Source: Ptychomitrium polyphyllum (lineage: Eukaryota). Taken from it: a DNA stretch of 64,000 bases. Location of the stretch: contig OZ316776.1 in NCBI GenBank assembly GCA_973851085.1, positions 5,146,001 to 5,210,000 on the forward strand, in the 5' to 3' direction. Below the pieces are notes generated by a model. That model had not been told where the DNA came from. It searched no databases and saw only the letters and a list, made by a program, of their open reading frames with translations. Shown here piece by piece: positions 51,191 to 64,000 of this stretch; positions within the stretch are counted from its first letter, which is position 1; the number at the start of each line of letters is the position of its first letter. The translations under genes were made by a program, and so were the position numbers.

Positions 51191-54100
51191 GAGACTCAAA
51201 CGGATCTCAACTCAACTTTACTAAACTCAACTCCGCAACACACCAAACGTCGCCGCCGCAGAACGCGACAAAGGCGACAAGCAAGCTTGGCTTGGATCTG
51301 AATGGATCGCGAAGGATTGTCGACCAGTGTGAGAAGCTCCCGCGAATCCGGGGATGGATCAGCACTTTATGATGGCGATCATTTCAAATGTGGGAATGCA
51401 ATCATGGATTTAACGCAGGGCTGTGGTACCTTTTTTTTGTGGGGTGATTGGCGGGGTGCGATGATCCATCATGTGCATGCTTACGAAACGTTTTCGTCAC
51501 TGTGAATGCGGACTCTCGGACCGTTGGATGGGACGCGCGTACGGGAATCTGCGCCGTTCAGGGGATGCACACCCCAAACCTGAGTCCGTGCCCAATACCA
51601 GCAGTATCCAGTTCAATTTGTGACTGACTATCTAGTGTTCGGTTTTCAGGTGTGCATCCCTTGTGACTTGGTGGGTCCTTTGGCGAAGGTGGAAATTGAA
51701 TTGCACGTGGCGAGTAACAAGGATTTTCCAGGTGGTGGTGGGAGTGATGTGGTCCGAGCGTGGGCTTGGGAGTGGGAATCCGAGGGGTGCTGACGTGGTG
51801 GATTTGGATGGTTACGGAGATGGATGAAGATCTGGATTGCGCCGCAAATCTCTGGCGCTGTGATGAAGACCACGTCCTGCACTGAGTAACGGTGTGCGAT
51901 TCTGTGCTTTGGAAGATTGTGAACGGCACGGTTGTTTTTCATGGGAAATGCTATTTGCGAGGTTTTGTGAGTAAGTGGACTGAGTGGGTTTGGAGGTGTT
52001 TGAGTGCACTTGAATGGAGTTGGATGCATCTCCACATGAATGATGTAACTTACTCTGGTTAGTAAAATCGAAATTAGCTTCTACTGCTGTTAGGTCTAAT
52101 GCACTTTTGTATTATGTACCAAAGATGAAAGATCATGAGTATTATTATGAGTACTTGCCATTAAATTAAACACCTTTCATGTTAAGGTTGACACTAAATC
52201 ATGTATTTGAAGTTAAATCTTAATCATTTTGGTGGTTTCACATTAAAATGTATTAAATTAAAGTAGTTATTTATTTGTTTTGTTTAAACTAGGGTATTCA
52301 AGTATTAATTTAGTCTAATATAATTTATTGAGGAAAAAATAAATCATTAAAATTCTATTCCAATAATAAAAACGTATTTTTTCATGAGAATTCATTAAAT
52401 AGAAAACTATTTTTAAAATTCATATTCATTAAATAAAAATTTCATATATTAAATGTTCACTCAAAGAAAATTAATATTTTATTGTGGTTTATATAACATT
52501 CTTCATTAATTAAAATGTTTTTTCATATTTTTAGTTTGCAAGAGTTTACTAACAAATGACAATAAATACATAAAGGCATGTGTCTAGATTATTGACATGG
52601 CTACATAAAATCTTCAATTTGTAATTAAACAATATTTAAACAATGAAATGATAATTCTATAAGATGGACTTACACTTTTGCATAATAACTGGTTATGAAA
52701 ACAATAAATTTTATATTATAGATGTTGACTTTTAAATTGAAACAACACTATAATTCAATTTTTATATAAATTTTAACCTTCTTCATATAATACTTTAATA
52801 CAACAACCTTAATGATATTATACAATTTTATAAAATCAATTAATTTTCTTTCTTTTATTGTAATTTAAAGCCAAAACTATTGTTGAATTGATTATGGCAT
52901 AATTTAAATTATCAAAAATTTATCAGAATGACATAAATTCCTTTATTTTTAAAATCAAATGTATAAAGATAAATTAAAAATATCATCAATAAAAAAAATT
53001 CCTATTTTTTTCTAAATACAAATAAAAAGACTAATAAGTTTATAACATGTTGAACATCTTTTTAACTAAGTTGTAATTTGTTTTTTTAAAGATTAATTTA
53101 AATCCATTTGGATTAACAAAACTAGGAATTGATGGACCTAAATTAAAGTTTCAAAATCTTAATTATGATTTACAAAATGGCTATGACCATTAACATATCA
53201 ATAAGATGAAGTCCATTTTATTATATTATGTAGTTATATGTACATTGAAATTTTTTATAATAATGGAACTACAATTCAAATGGTTCATAAAATATTATTA
53301 TATAAATAAAAACATGTTATCATACAAAATTTAAGTTTTCAAAAAACTAGGAGTAAATTTTTATTTGTAATTTCATCAATTCTATAAGTGATGTTATTAT
53401 GCTGGTAACACAATATATTGTATGTATGAAATTCAAGATGATATTAGTTTTTTATATGCAATTTTAAATATTATTTTTAATTAGCAATAGAGCTGTTATT
53501 TTTTGAAATGTTTAATAATTTTTAAAAAAATTATCATCAAAAATAGCTTTGTGGTAAAAAAAATCCTATAAATCTATCAAAAATAAAATATTCTAAAACA
53601 ATAAAACAAAGTAATTAATTTTTTCTAGTATTAAAAGAACTATAAATCTTTGAAATAATATATAATATAAATAATATTGGATACAATGCTTTCATTGGAA
53701 GAACAATATTAGCACAATTATGTGGTTTTTGAAAGATTGCAAATAGAATTATTTAAGAAGCCAACAAAAAGCTTTAATTAATGAATAATAAAAAGATATT
53801 AGAAGTTTTTTACATGTTTTGCTATGGCCAAATAGGAAGTAAAAAAAATTAATCAATTAACACCCTTATTCTAAAATATTATTATTTTTTAAAACACCAT
53901 GTGTAACATTTTAATTAATTTGAATGTCTATTTTAAATGATATATCAAATAAGGTCCTTATAAATTCAACACTAAAAGGCTGAAGCTTATAAACTTAAAG
54001 CTTTTAAATCATATAAGGCTTTTATAAGGCAAATTCAAAAAGAAAATAGACACTTATTTACTTAAACCAAGTTTTTTAAATATCTTGTTTCTTTGACTTT

Positions 54101-57100
54101 GGAATGACATATGATTGTAAAATAATATAATAATAGTAATTGATTAAAATTAATTATAGATAAATTCATAAATATTCTCTGATTATTTAACAATTTTTTT
54201 GTCAAATTAACTTATACACTTAAAATATATATATTTTTTAATAAATATTATTTTAGTGGCAAAACTGGATCAATATAAGCATCGTCGTTAAAAAAAATAT
54301 TAAAAGGTGCTGAACCAGTAACTTTATCTTAATTCATGGATGGAGTTGTAAACCATGATTTCAGAAGCTTAAACTTTAAGATGGATTTTGTAAACATTTC
54401 TATCATTAAAAAATAAAAGCATTTTAGGATTTTAGTTGATTTTTTTTTAATTCGTTGATTAATGCACTTCAAATTTTCAAAAAGACCATTACATTTTATT
54501 GCATAATGTTATTGAAAGATTAAGTTTGTAATTTATATTAAAAAATTTGAATTTTATGTTCTGATTTCTACACAAAAAAATCATGGTATAGATATTAAAA
54601 TTAATCATATGGATATAAATGAAATTTTAAGTCTATAAACTTTGCTTAAACATCAATTTTATTCTATTTTTTAAAGATATTTTAAAACAACTTCTTATTA
54701 ATTCTTCAAACTATAAGTATTTACAAAATTAAAAGGATTAGATGAATTAATATGCTTAGATTAAAAAGTTTAAACAAAATATCATCTATATCCGTGTTTA
54801 TTTTTGTTTTGTATACATTTACATTCATCTTTCAAAATTGTAGTAGGAATTCTTTATTGCAACTATGTCTTATTATATTAGTGTTTAAATATTATTATGT
54901 TTTTTATTTTAAAATCATTTGTGCAAAGAAAATAACTTATGATATATATTTTTTATTTTGTACTTAGAAAAATTACAAAAGAAAATAATTCCTTTTCAAA
55001 AATTGAAATTTATAAAGCATAAAATCATTTTAAGTTAATGCCAATACTTATATACTATATTAATGTAATAATGCTATATTCAAGAGATATACACTACAAT
55101 TAAACTTTGTCATATCTTTGCAAGAATAGTATTTTTATCTAATGCCATCCTTCATCTAAGTTAAGAAATCATTTATAATATTTATATAACAATTTTGAAG
55201 CTTATTACAAAATGTTATTTTGAATATTTAAATTTTATTGTAAAACAAAAGTATTATATAGAAAACATGAGATATTATTGTGACTGTAGAATTTTAATTT
55301 ATCAATATTATAAATTCCTAATGATGTTGATACAAGCAAGGTCAATTTCTAAGAATAAAAAACTACATGATCCTCTGACAATTAAGAACATATGATTGAA
55401 AAATCTTGATTTTCTACTATAACGATTTTAATCAATGTATTTTTTCAATGATCACTTTTGACATTGCATTTGGTAAATAAACTAATAATAAGATAAAAAA
55501 ATCATTGAAACATTTATAAGAAGTAACTGTTGCCATTAGAAACTGATTTATAACAAATACATACGTTCACTCATGAATAATTTATGCACCTTGATTTTTT
55601 TAAGGAATATGAAGCCAAGGATGTAAAGGAATCTATACCTAAGTCTGTTTAAAATGATCCAAAAATATCCACAGAATAGCAAGTAGAACTTAGAAGCGCA
55701 TGAGTATGAAATTAGCGGTTGGCAATTAAATTCATTGCCATGACACTTCCACGTGGCTTAGTAGAATCCTAGCATGGTAGATAAAATTGTTATTTTAAAA
55801 AGTAGAATTTATATTCAAGAAGGTCAATACATAAAAATGATGATTGTCAAATCTAAGTATAAGATGCTTGTGAATATGCAAAATGAAAAGGTTTTAATTG
55901 ATTTTGAGACTTCCAAATACTTATCAACTTCACAATTTGAGGATTATGAATTGTGGAATTCATTGCAAACTTCAATTTCATCTATGCATGAATTGCTTAT
56001 TAAAAATGGTATAAGTGAATTACATTCAGAATGTTTCTGGACAAGTTTTATTGCAACTATGATTTACATCACACTTATGATTTACTTTTACCACGTAAAT
56101 CCAGCATGGACTGTAGGGTGACTCCGGAGTATGTACTAGTAAGGTTTAAGATCATGACTGGGGTGTCACATCGATCATAAGCCAACACTCAATTGAAGTT
56201 TCAATGATTATGATTGGCAGTGGATATGACTTGAGGTTTTAAATAGATTTTCCTGTCATCTTTGTGCATGGCACTGCAAATAAAGTACCTAATCCACCGT
56301 AACTTGTCATGGGGTTTTGTTCCATTAACATCCTATTCTGCACAAATAGACATTTGTGCCATATTTTGCTATTGCAAGTTGACAAAGTTGGGTTTCTGAA
56401 AATTGCAATACCTTGGCCACTTTCGATGAAAAGGAAAATATGAAGCTAGAATAATTTATTTTATATATTTTGACAAGAATAGTGTGAGCGTCTCTGCAAG
56501 AGGAAAGAACACAAGCCCCAGCCCCTGCCGCAGCGCAGCTTGAGGAGACTGACCAGTTACTTGGCAGTGAATAGAAGCTGGACTGACATTCAAAATATGA
56601 ATGGCAGTATCAAGATGGAGTTCCATTTTCAAGATGAGCGGATCCGTTCACGAGTTTCAGGGGGCATGGTCAAAAATGTCACAGCAACATACAATAGATT
56701 CAAGAACAATTTAGCAAGTGCTATATAAAACTAATAGTCTGCTACCGTGCTGATAGGATTTCAATAAAAATAAGGTTTCATCCCGGATGAGTCCTATGAA
56801 TTCTAAAATTTCAACCAAGGACGATCATTAGAGTCTAAATTAATTGAGCCTAGGTGACGTTTTATGAAAATTGGAAGGACAACCTGACAATCAGTGGTCC
56901 ACTGAAAAGAGCGGAACATCTGGAACAATCTTACTTCTGGGGCTATTCAGAGTTCCTTGATCATGATATGTTGCTAACACGATATTCCTTTTCTGTTCAA
57001 TTGATACTAGGTTCTTGAGAAAATGGACACAAAGTGAAAATAATAAACTTACTTAATAGGTTTAAATACCCAGAGGAATTATCCAGCCATGAGTTATAAG

Positions 57101-57452
57101 GTCGCAAGTAAAACAGTGATTCAAATGCAGTCCTAGGTGGAACTGGTGGTTGGACTCAGTACGATCATGTGCAGAGAGATATGGCAAAATCGAAGCAAGG
57201 AACAGAACCTTCCACGGAATTAAATCAGTGAAAGCTGGTAGATGAGGCTGTTGATGGAATCAATAGAACACAAGCGAATGACATAGGTTTGAAATTCATA
57301 GGAGTTTAAGAAACGCCATCCAGCTGACGAGGCTCATACAGCCAACGAGAACACATGTAGATGTGCAACACGAGTGAATGAAATTTAGTATAAATTATAC
57401 CGTGCAGGAGCCAGGAGCCAGGAGATGGGGTGATGGGGGTGGGTTTCCCCAG

Positions 57453-57474
57453 TGGGACCCATTCATGGGTCCCA
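57453..57474. promoter_or_regulatory. Perfect 10-bp inverted repeat made of two TCP-like sites in a GC-rich island
   Basis: TGGGACCCAT-TC-ATGGGTCCCA. Confidence 0.4.
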
Positions 57475-58586
57475 GATGAAGGCGCAGCCCCTCACCCCGG
57501 CGTGGTGGCCGTGGTGGGGCACTACTGGCAACGCACGAGAAACGAGTTTGGTTGATGATCCGCCACGTTGACCTTTGCAATCTTCAACTTTGTGTTTTAT
57601 TCACTTTCCAGTAATTTACACTTAGATTTTGAATCAAAAAGAAAATTCTAACCGTAAAAAGGTTTACGTACTCGTCTGACTTCTGAGCAGTGGAGGTGAC
57701 TTTGCCCTGAAAGCAAGATTTTTTACTTTAAGAAACCAGTCATATGACTTCATTTCATTTATGTACGGTGTCCTTAAATCAATATTTCTAAAAAACAATA
57801 TATATTTGGAAAAGTAAAGATGATGATAGAAAAGAAGGTTTTTCCTCTTTTATTCCAAATATTGAAATTATTGCAAAAAATTTAAACAAAAAGTACTTCA
57901 AAATTGAGAAGTGTGATATAATTTGGCTAAGAATTGTGATATGTGGCATGAGTTTTCACTCATGGAAGTTTTTTAAAATCCAACCTATTTTCAAGTATAC
58001 ATTGTTTGATTTGCTTTGAAATTTATGCATTGCAAATTGATCTTATGGTCTTGCATGTTGTGTTTTAATAAAAGTGCATTTCTATCAATGTTTTGCATTT
58101 TGAAAAGAAGTGAAACACTACTCTAATACTATTGATTATGGTCCAAAGTCATCAAATTAAAAGAATGTTATGTTTATTTCTACCAAAATATGTATTCTTT
58201 TTTGTTGTTATAAAATTTGATTCCACTAAAAATTGAATAATTATGATGTAGTATTCATGAATTAAAAAAGATATTTTATAATTGATATTGAAGAAGTTTG
58301 TAGTTAGAACTAATAATACTAGATTTTTTAATATATTTCAAATTAAGAAAATAACAACATTTGTTATGATTGAGAGAAAAATTATATTACATTCAAATAC
58401 TTATGATTTTGATATCAAATTTCCAATATTCATTGTTTAGTGGCTTATATCATTTAAACTATAATCTTAATTGGAAAAACCATAATATACATAAAATACT
58501 ATTAGAATGATGATTAAAAGTTTTTAAAAATTAATTGATGAAAGTAAATTATGTTATTATAATAGACATCTTATAAAAATATGCCT

Positions 58587-58630
58587 ATTAGATATATTTT
58601 AGGAAATTAGATATATTTTAGGAAATTAGA
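58587..58630. repeat. 19-bp tandem duplication ATTAGATATATTTTAGGAA
   Basis: Directly visible. Confidence 0.85.
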
Positions 58631-61082
58631 AAATAAACTAGCAAGAGAGCTATCACATCTTCAATGTAATGACATTTAATACAAATTTTTGTATATTTTA
58701 TTTTATTTTAGTAAGCATAAAACATACAAAAATTTAAAAAAATTAAAAAATAAATAATAGAAATAAATGATATAAATATATAGTATACAATAAAAAAATC
58801 AAAGCTAAAAAAACAAAAAACAAAAAACAATCAGAAAAGGAAAAAAAAGTAGGAAAAAAAAAGTTATAAATGTGGACAATCAAAAAGAGATTATTAGACT
58901 ATAAGATTTTTTTGTACCTTATATAAAAATTTGAATAGTAGTAAAAATTGACTTTTAAATTAATCAATTTTTTTTTCCTTATGAAGCAATTTAATTCAAT
59001 CAAAAGTAATAATAAGTTTGAAATACAATTTTTAGCATGTAAGTTTTATTTTTATGCTTCATTAATGAAAAAATTGGTTGTTATTTGATGATGATGGCAA
59101 AAATTATAAAATATACATGTAACAAAAATCAATAAATGATGTAATTTTATATTGAAGTTGCTAATGAACTCATTGATGAGATATGGCTTAAAGATTGATG
59201 TGATAAGTTTTAAAGATAATATAGACTATTTGCAATTAACAGCTATGATTATAATTTGAAAATTTGTTACAAAAGTAAAGACAATGATAATTCAAATGTA
59301 AGAATTGTTGTCAACATATATAAATGCTTGCTTAATAATATGTCAACTTAAAATAATCTATTGTACATATTTACCTAGCTATTAATATAGAAATTTGTCA
59401 ATTGTATAGGCCTACTTGAAAACTAAAATAAAGTACATTAAAATCGTATATAGTCAAGTCTCCATCTTTATAAGATTATCAAAAAACTTATATATTGATA
59501 TGCTTAATTTTAAACATTAACATTATAAAAGTTAAAAGATGAATTTTTTTTTTTCAAAGTTGGAGTATGTTAATTGTAGAATTACACATTCTTCAAATAA
59601 TATGTGTTTTCTCATAAAAACTTCAATGGTACAAATTTTTATTTTGTTACAATAACATAATTTTATAGTTTGTGTGTAGAGTGTTAATATCAATTGATTA
59701 GTTAATCAAATCCATTACCACATACTCTATTGGTACCATGACATATGACATATTTAATAGAATATGAAATAAAGTATTCAGACATTGACATTCATTTGTA
59801 CTACCTAATATTTATTTTCTAATTTCTCATCTTGAATACATATATTGTGGAATAGTGCCACCTCTCCATATCACACCTAATACCAAATCACATCCTCCTT
59901 CCAATCCAATCACTCTTTCTATTAATTATGGTGCATACTTATATAACAAATCTGCCACTAGTTAATTCTATAAATAAATTAAATTATCTAGAATTCATTT
60001 TTCTAAAATTTTGTTCGTAAAGAAAAAGAAAAAGATTCTGGAGAATATTTGTGTACACAAACTCTACTTTCAGAATATAATAAAACATTTGTCAGGGAAG
60101 TGACAAAGCTACTATGTGACTACGCATGTGTCATTCAGAAAGAAATTCTGAGTAACACCCTGAGATACAAAGTAGAGAATTCTGCCTTCTGATTGCGTTT
60201 TGGGGCTTCATCGAGACCGCTGGAGTAATACCAACCAGGAGGACCAGCCTACAATATTGAAGAAATGGAGGGGTTTGACCACGGCGGATGTGGGGGCATG
60301 CCCCTCTGGAGACTGCCCCTGGAGAACTGGGACGGGAAGCGAGAAAGGAGCAACCCATAGCAAATTAACACAAGCCTGCAAGTGCTCGAGGGCGCCTCTT
60401 TGCGACTGCAAGAGACACCGACCAGTAAGACAGCGCACGTACGCACGCACTTCCCATGTCCACGACTCCCTTGTCTCCCCTACGCTACTCCCCGCACCTA
60501 CGTACACGCCTCCATACGTCTTCATCCATTCTGCGCCATTCAATCCACATCCGCCGATATTATCTCCCGCAACCTGCGTACAGACGTGTATTCATCCACC
60601 ACCGTAGCGTACTCAGTACTGACCTACCGAGACCCGTAGAGCACTTACCGTAGGATTCTTCTTCCCGAGCCGGTTTAATAACTTATCTGGTGCTCCTGCA
60701 AATGGTGGCCCCCTTTCACTTTGAGTTGCTCCCTGTGCAGTCTGCGTTGTCTGCGTCCCGTCTAAGTTATGATAAATGCCCGCAATCTGCGCCTTTTCCC
60801 TGCCGAGAAGCAGCATCTTTTGAAGATACCGGTTCCCCTCGAGAGCCGCGATTCTCCTCTCCGCCGCTCCCCAGCCGGGCCAGCACACTGTGCACTGCGC
60901 GAAGCTTAGTACACTATTTCACTGTTGACGAGAATGGTTCTGAATGTCTGGGGCGGAGCTACGTTTGCGACTGTGGTGGCAGAGCTTTAGTTTCGAGTGA
61001 GTGAGGGTTTGGTCGTCTTTCCTGTTTGATTTGTGAAGGATTGAGGACGAGAAGCTTCGAGGGGAGTTGGGAATTTCGAGCG

Positions 61083-61534
61083 ATGGCGCAGCAGCCGAGT
61101 ACGACGATGATGATGGCGATGCAGCAGCAGCAGGTGCATGGCGGGGGGCACCATCATGGGGGCATGGGGTTTCACCATCATGGGATGGGGGGGCAGCAGC
61201 AAGGGGTGGGGGGAGGGGGAGGGGGAGGGGGAGGGGGCGGGGGCGGGGGCGGGGGCGGGGGCGGGGGCGGGGCCGGAGCGCCGGTGATGGACGAGTTTCT
61301 GGAGCACATGTTTGGGATGCCGGGGAGCGGGATATTTGACATGGCGGGCGCGGGGGCCAGAGGCGGACAGTGGGATTACAATGTGGGTTCCGGGACGGGG
61401 AAGGCGTTTGGAGTGGGAGGCATGTCTTCGGGAGTGGGAGGGATGTCGTCGGGAGTGGGAGTGGGAGTGGGAGTTGGGTTGAGCAAGAAGGGGAACGAGG
61501 GGGTAGAGTATGGCTTGTCTGATGTGCAGATCCG

Positions 61535-61566
<32 letters not shown>

Positions 61567-63806
61567 AGGGTGGGGTAGGTAGAGGTGAGGGAGGGACGGG
61601 TGCTTTGTCGGTGGCGAGGGAGGTTCGTAATGGCGCAGCCGTGCATGGAGATTCTCTAACGCGCTCACTTTCATTGGGGAGCAGCGCGAGTGAGGATTCT
61701 GGTCCTCAGCAGGGGAAAGGGGACCAGCTTATGGGCTCCGTTGTGGCCCCGTCTAACCATTTGCAGCAACCGTATGGTGGTGCTGGAAGTGGGGTGCCTC
61801 CACTTCCCATGAACTTTGCTCAAGCCAAAGCTGAAAACGTGTTGCTGGTGGGAGAGATGGACTCGCACAATGTTCAGTCTCTTGGAAAGCGCTTTAGAGA
61901 CGATGACGATGGTCTCCCCAGGACCACTGTACGCTATTGAACAGCCCTCTTGTTCATTTTCTGATACTGCATTATGTTTGTTTTGTTGTGATTTTACTTG
62001 TTTTTCGCATGGCACAGTGAGTTTTGACTGTTGGGTTTCATGCATGTTGCAAGCCAGGTTAATCTTGTCTTCTGTCGATTCTTGTGGTTTTCTCAGAAGA
62101 GTGGTGCTTTAGTTCAAACCCACGTTTTTAGTCTGAACCTAGTGGGGGCTCTAGTTTGATGTTTATGGCTGTGTATGTGACTTAGTAGCGGGTGCAGGCA
62201 TCAAATTAGAAACGGGATTGTTGGTTATGTTGATTTCGGGTCTAAGTCTATGGCGATCACGCCGCTGATTACTCATTTCACTGTGAGTTCTTGAAGTATA
62301 TGATGATTAGTCTTTCTTGTGTGCATGACTCGACTTTGAACTTGTATAAGAGGCTGACCTCCATGTACGTTGAGTTCTCCCCTGTTTCATATCTGTAGAG
62401 CCCGCAACATTGTAATGCGTATATCACACGAACAGGTTGAAACCCCTCACTTACCGACTGTGACATTTTATCAGAGAGTATATTTGCATATCATTTGAGA
62501 TCCAGTGTTCTTTGTTCAAGTCATCGTTTCCTTAATTGTTCGGTAACCCTCTCGGTGTAGTTACTGCTTTTTCTACTGGTAGCATGTCAGACTTTGTTGA
62601 GTTAGTTTACCGCTTCATCGGAAGCTGTAGCGGGGCATTGACCTTTGCATTTATGTTACAACCTGGTACAGTACGTGCATGCAGCCTTTAGCCAAGTTGG
62701 TTATTTTGGTACAAGGACATAACCGAGCGACGACCCCGTTAGAAAGTTGCTAGTGGTACTTCTGACCCGCTTAGTTCTAGCTGTTTCTGGATCCTGTGTC
62801 AGAGAAGCTGCGTTCAAATATCGGTATGTTTGGTTTTAGATCTAATATTTAGTTCGGTGAAGCAGTCACATGTTGGTCGACACATTCGTTTACACAATTT
62901 TCTGCCTTATTTCGGCTTAGTGTGGTTACCTAGACTATTGGTATACGTTGCTTGGTTTTGGGAGCTTGTTATGGAAATGCTTGCCTTTGTTGGATGTCGG
63001 TGGGCATTTTAATGGTAGCTTAGTTTATATACTATCATGATATCACGATTAGCTGTGTTGATGAATGTTGTTTTCTGTCTGCAGGGAGTCATGCCAAACG
63101 GGGGCGTCCAAGGATCTGGGTATGCTACCCCGGGAGCTGTTCCCACAGGACAGCCACTCCCGGGGATGGGGGCTAGACCCCGTGTGCGGGCACGTCGTGG
63201 CCAAGCAACTGACCCTCACAGCATTGCTGAACGGGTATGAATAGTTTTTGGTCAATCATCTTTGGCAATTTGTCAATACTCGTCAATATTCGAGCGTTGA
63301 AGAGCGATGCTTTAATAGTCTGATAATTTCATGAATTCGTCCACATGCTCACCTCACCATTATGTTTTAGTCGAGCCAACCTTGAGAAACGCTTGTTTCA
63401 TCTGATTTCGGCAGAGTTTTTTTGTGTAGCGTTTTATTCACCCGATCTTCCACGTAAAGCTTCAGGTTCACTGAACACAAACTGTAGACTACGTAATTTA
63501 AAGCTGGGATTTTCGCAGCTTTGGTAGGGACTTGTTTGGGTCAGAGCAGAGAAATATTAGGAGCAGGATGTTTTTTCTTGTGGCCTGCATTTTGTTACTT
63601 CATAATCTATGTCTTATGATATTGGCTACCATTGCTGCATCTTGATTTTGTGCTTTGTTGGATGTGGCGTATAGCTTCGCAGAGAGCGGATTGCTGAGCG
63701 CATGAAAGCTTTGCAAGAACTTGTTCCGAATTCGAACAAGACTGATAAGGCGTCAATGCTGGACGAAATCATCGACTATGTGAAGTTTCTGCAACTCCAA
63801 GTAAAG
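61083..63806 (+). CDS. LRL: LRL-class (LjRHL1-like, bHLH subfamily XI) transcription factor, 3' incomplete; exons 61083-61928, 63085-63234, 63675-63806
   Basis: [12 protein letters not shown]-terminal motif; [64 protein letters not shown]; all exons phase 0 with GT-AG. Confidence 0.93.
61203..61272 (+). repeat. (GGGGGA)n(GGGGGC)n hexamer tract encoding poly-Gly; a separate (CAT)n(CAG)n poly-His/Gln tract lies at ~61536-61567
   Basis: Directly visible within LRL exon 1. Confidence 0.95.
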
Positions 63807-64000
63807 GTAAGTTCAGAAACACCTGGTCAATGTCTGCACGCCTCTGTTTGGTGGTTTGATACGATACTATCGTTTATGATTTGATGGCATACAAGCTTGT
63901 GCCGTTGATAAAAAACTATGTCTTCATATTAGTCGCCCTTTACTTGCTGTGAAGTATGCTCGAGAAGATAATTTACTTCAGCCTGGAACTTCATCCTGAT

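Noticed and set aside
52100..55500. Very AT-rich stretch with faint HUH/Rep-like peptide (FLHVLLWP, ~53805-53830)
   Set aside because: A single short match in very AT-rich DNA is not supportable without a profile search; probably old TE debris.
60919..61674. Long minus-strand ORFs (251 and 219 aa) opposite LRL exon 1
   Set aside because: Shadow ORFs caused by GC-rich low-complexity coding sequence.

Overview
Eukaryotic land-plant nuclear DNA. The gene set, intron style and TE types fit a moss of the Physcomitrium patens type (inference, not a database match). 1-15.4 kb is an AT-rich, CpG-eroded TE cluster with four resolvable nesting levels. A decayed, apparently intron-containing DUF7869-like putative DNA-transposase gene (+) is interrupted by a full-length but dead Ty3/gypsy chromovirus (4144-13564, minus strand, TSD GCC[A/G]T). 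The chromovirus has no tRNA PBS but shows a Tf1-type 11-nt self-priming signature. It carries a 1.5-kb TG..CA insert in its chromodomain and a solo LTR that is itself interrupted by an antiparallel solo LTR of the same family, which creates a ~1-kb inverted repeat. 16-42 kb is gene-dense: IBA57-like (-), an F-box/kelch-like pseudogene (+), an NPF/PTR transporter lacking the ExxER motif (-), NOC3 (-), an orphan micro-exon gene (+), a DUF1997 protein (+) and RIN4/NOI (-). 42-60 kb is mostly AT-rich spacer with old TE debris, an ORF-less spliced-looking unit and a small single-TM protein gene (-). An LRL-class bHLH gene (+) starts at 61083 and runs off the window. All alignments and motif calls were made by eye; no searches were run.
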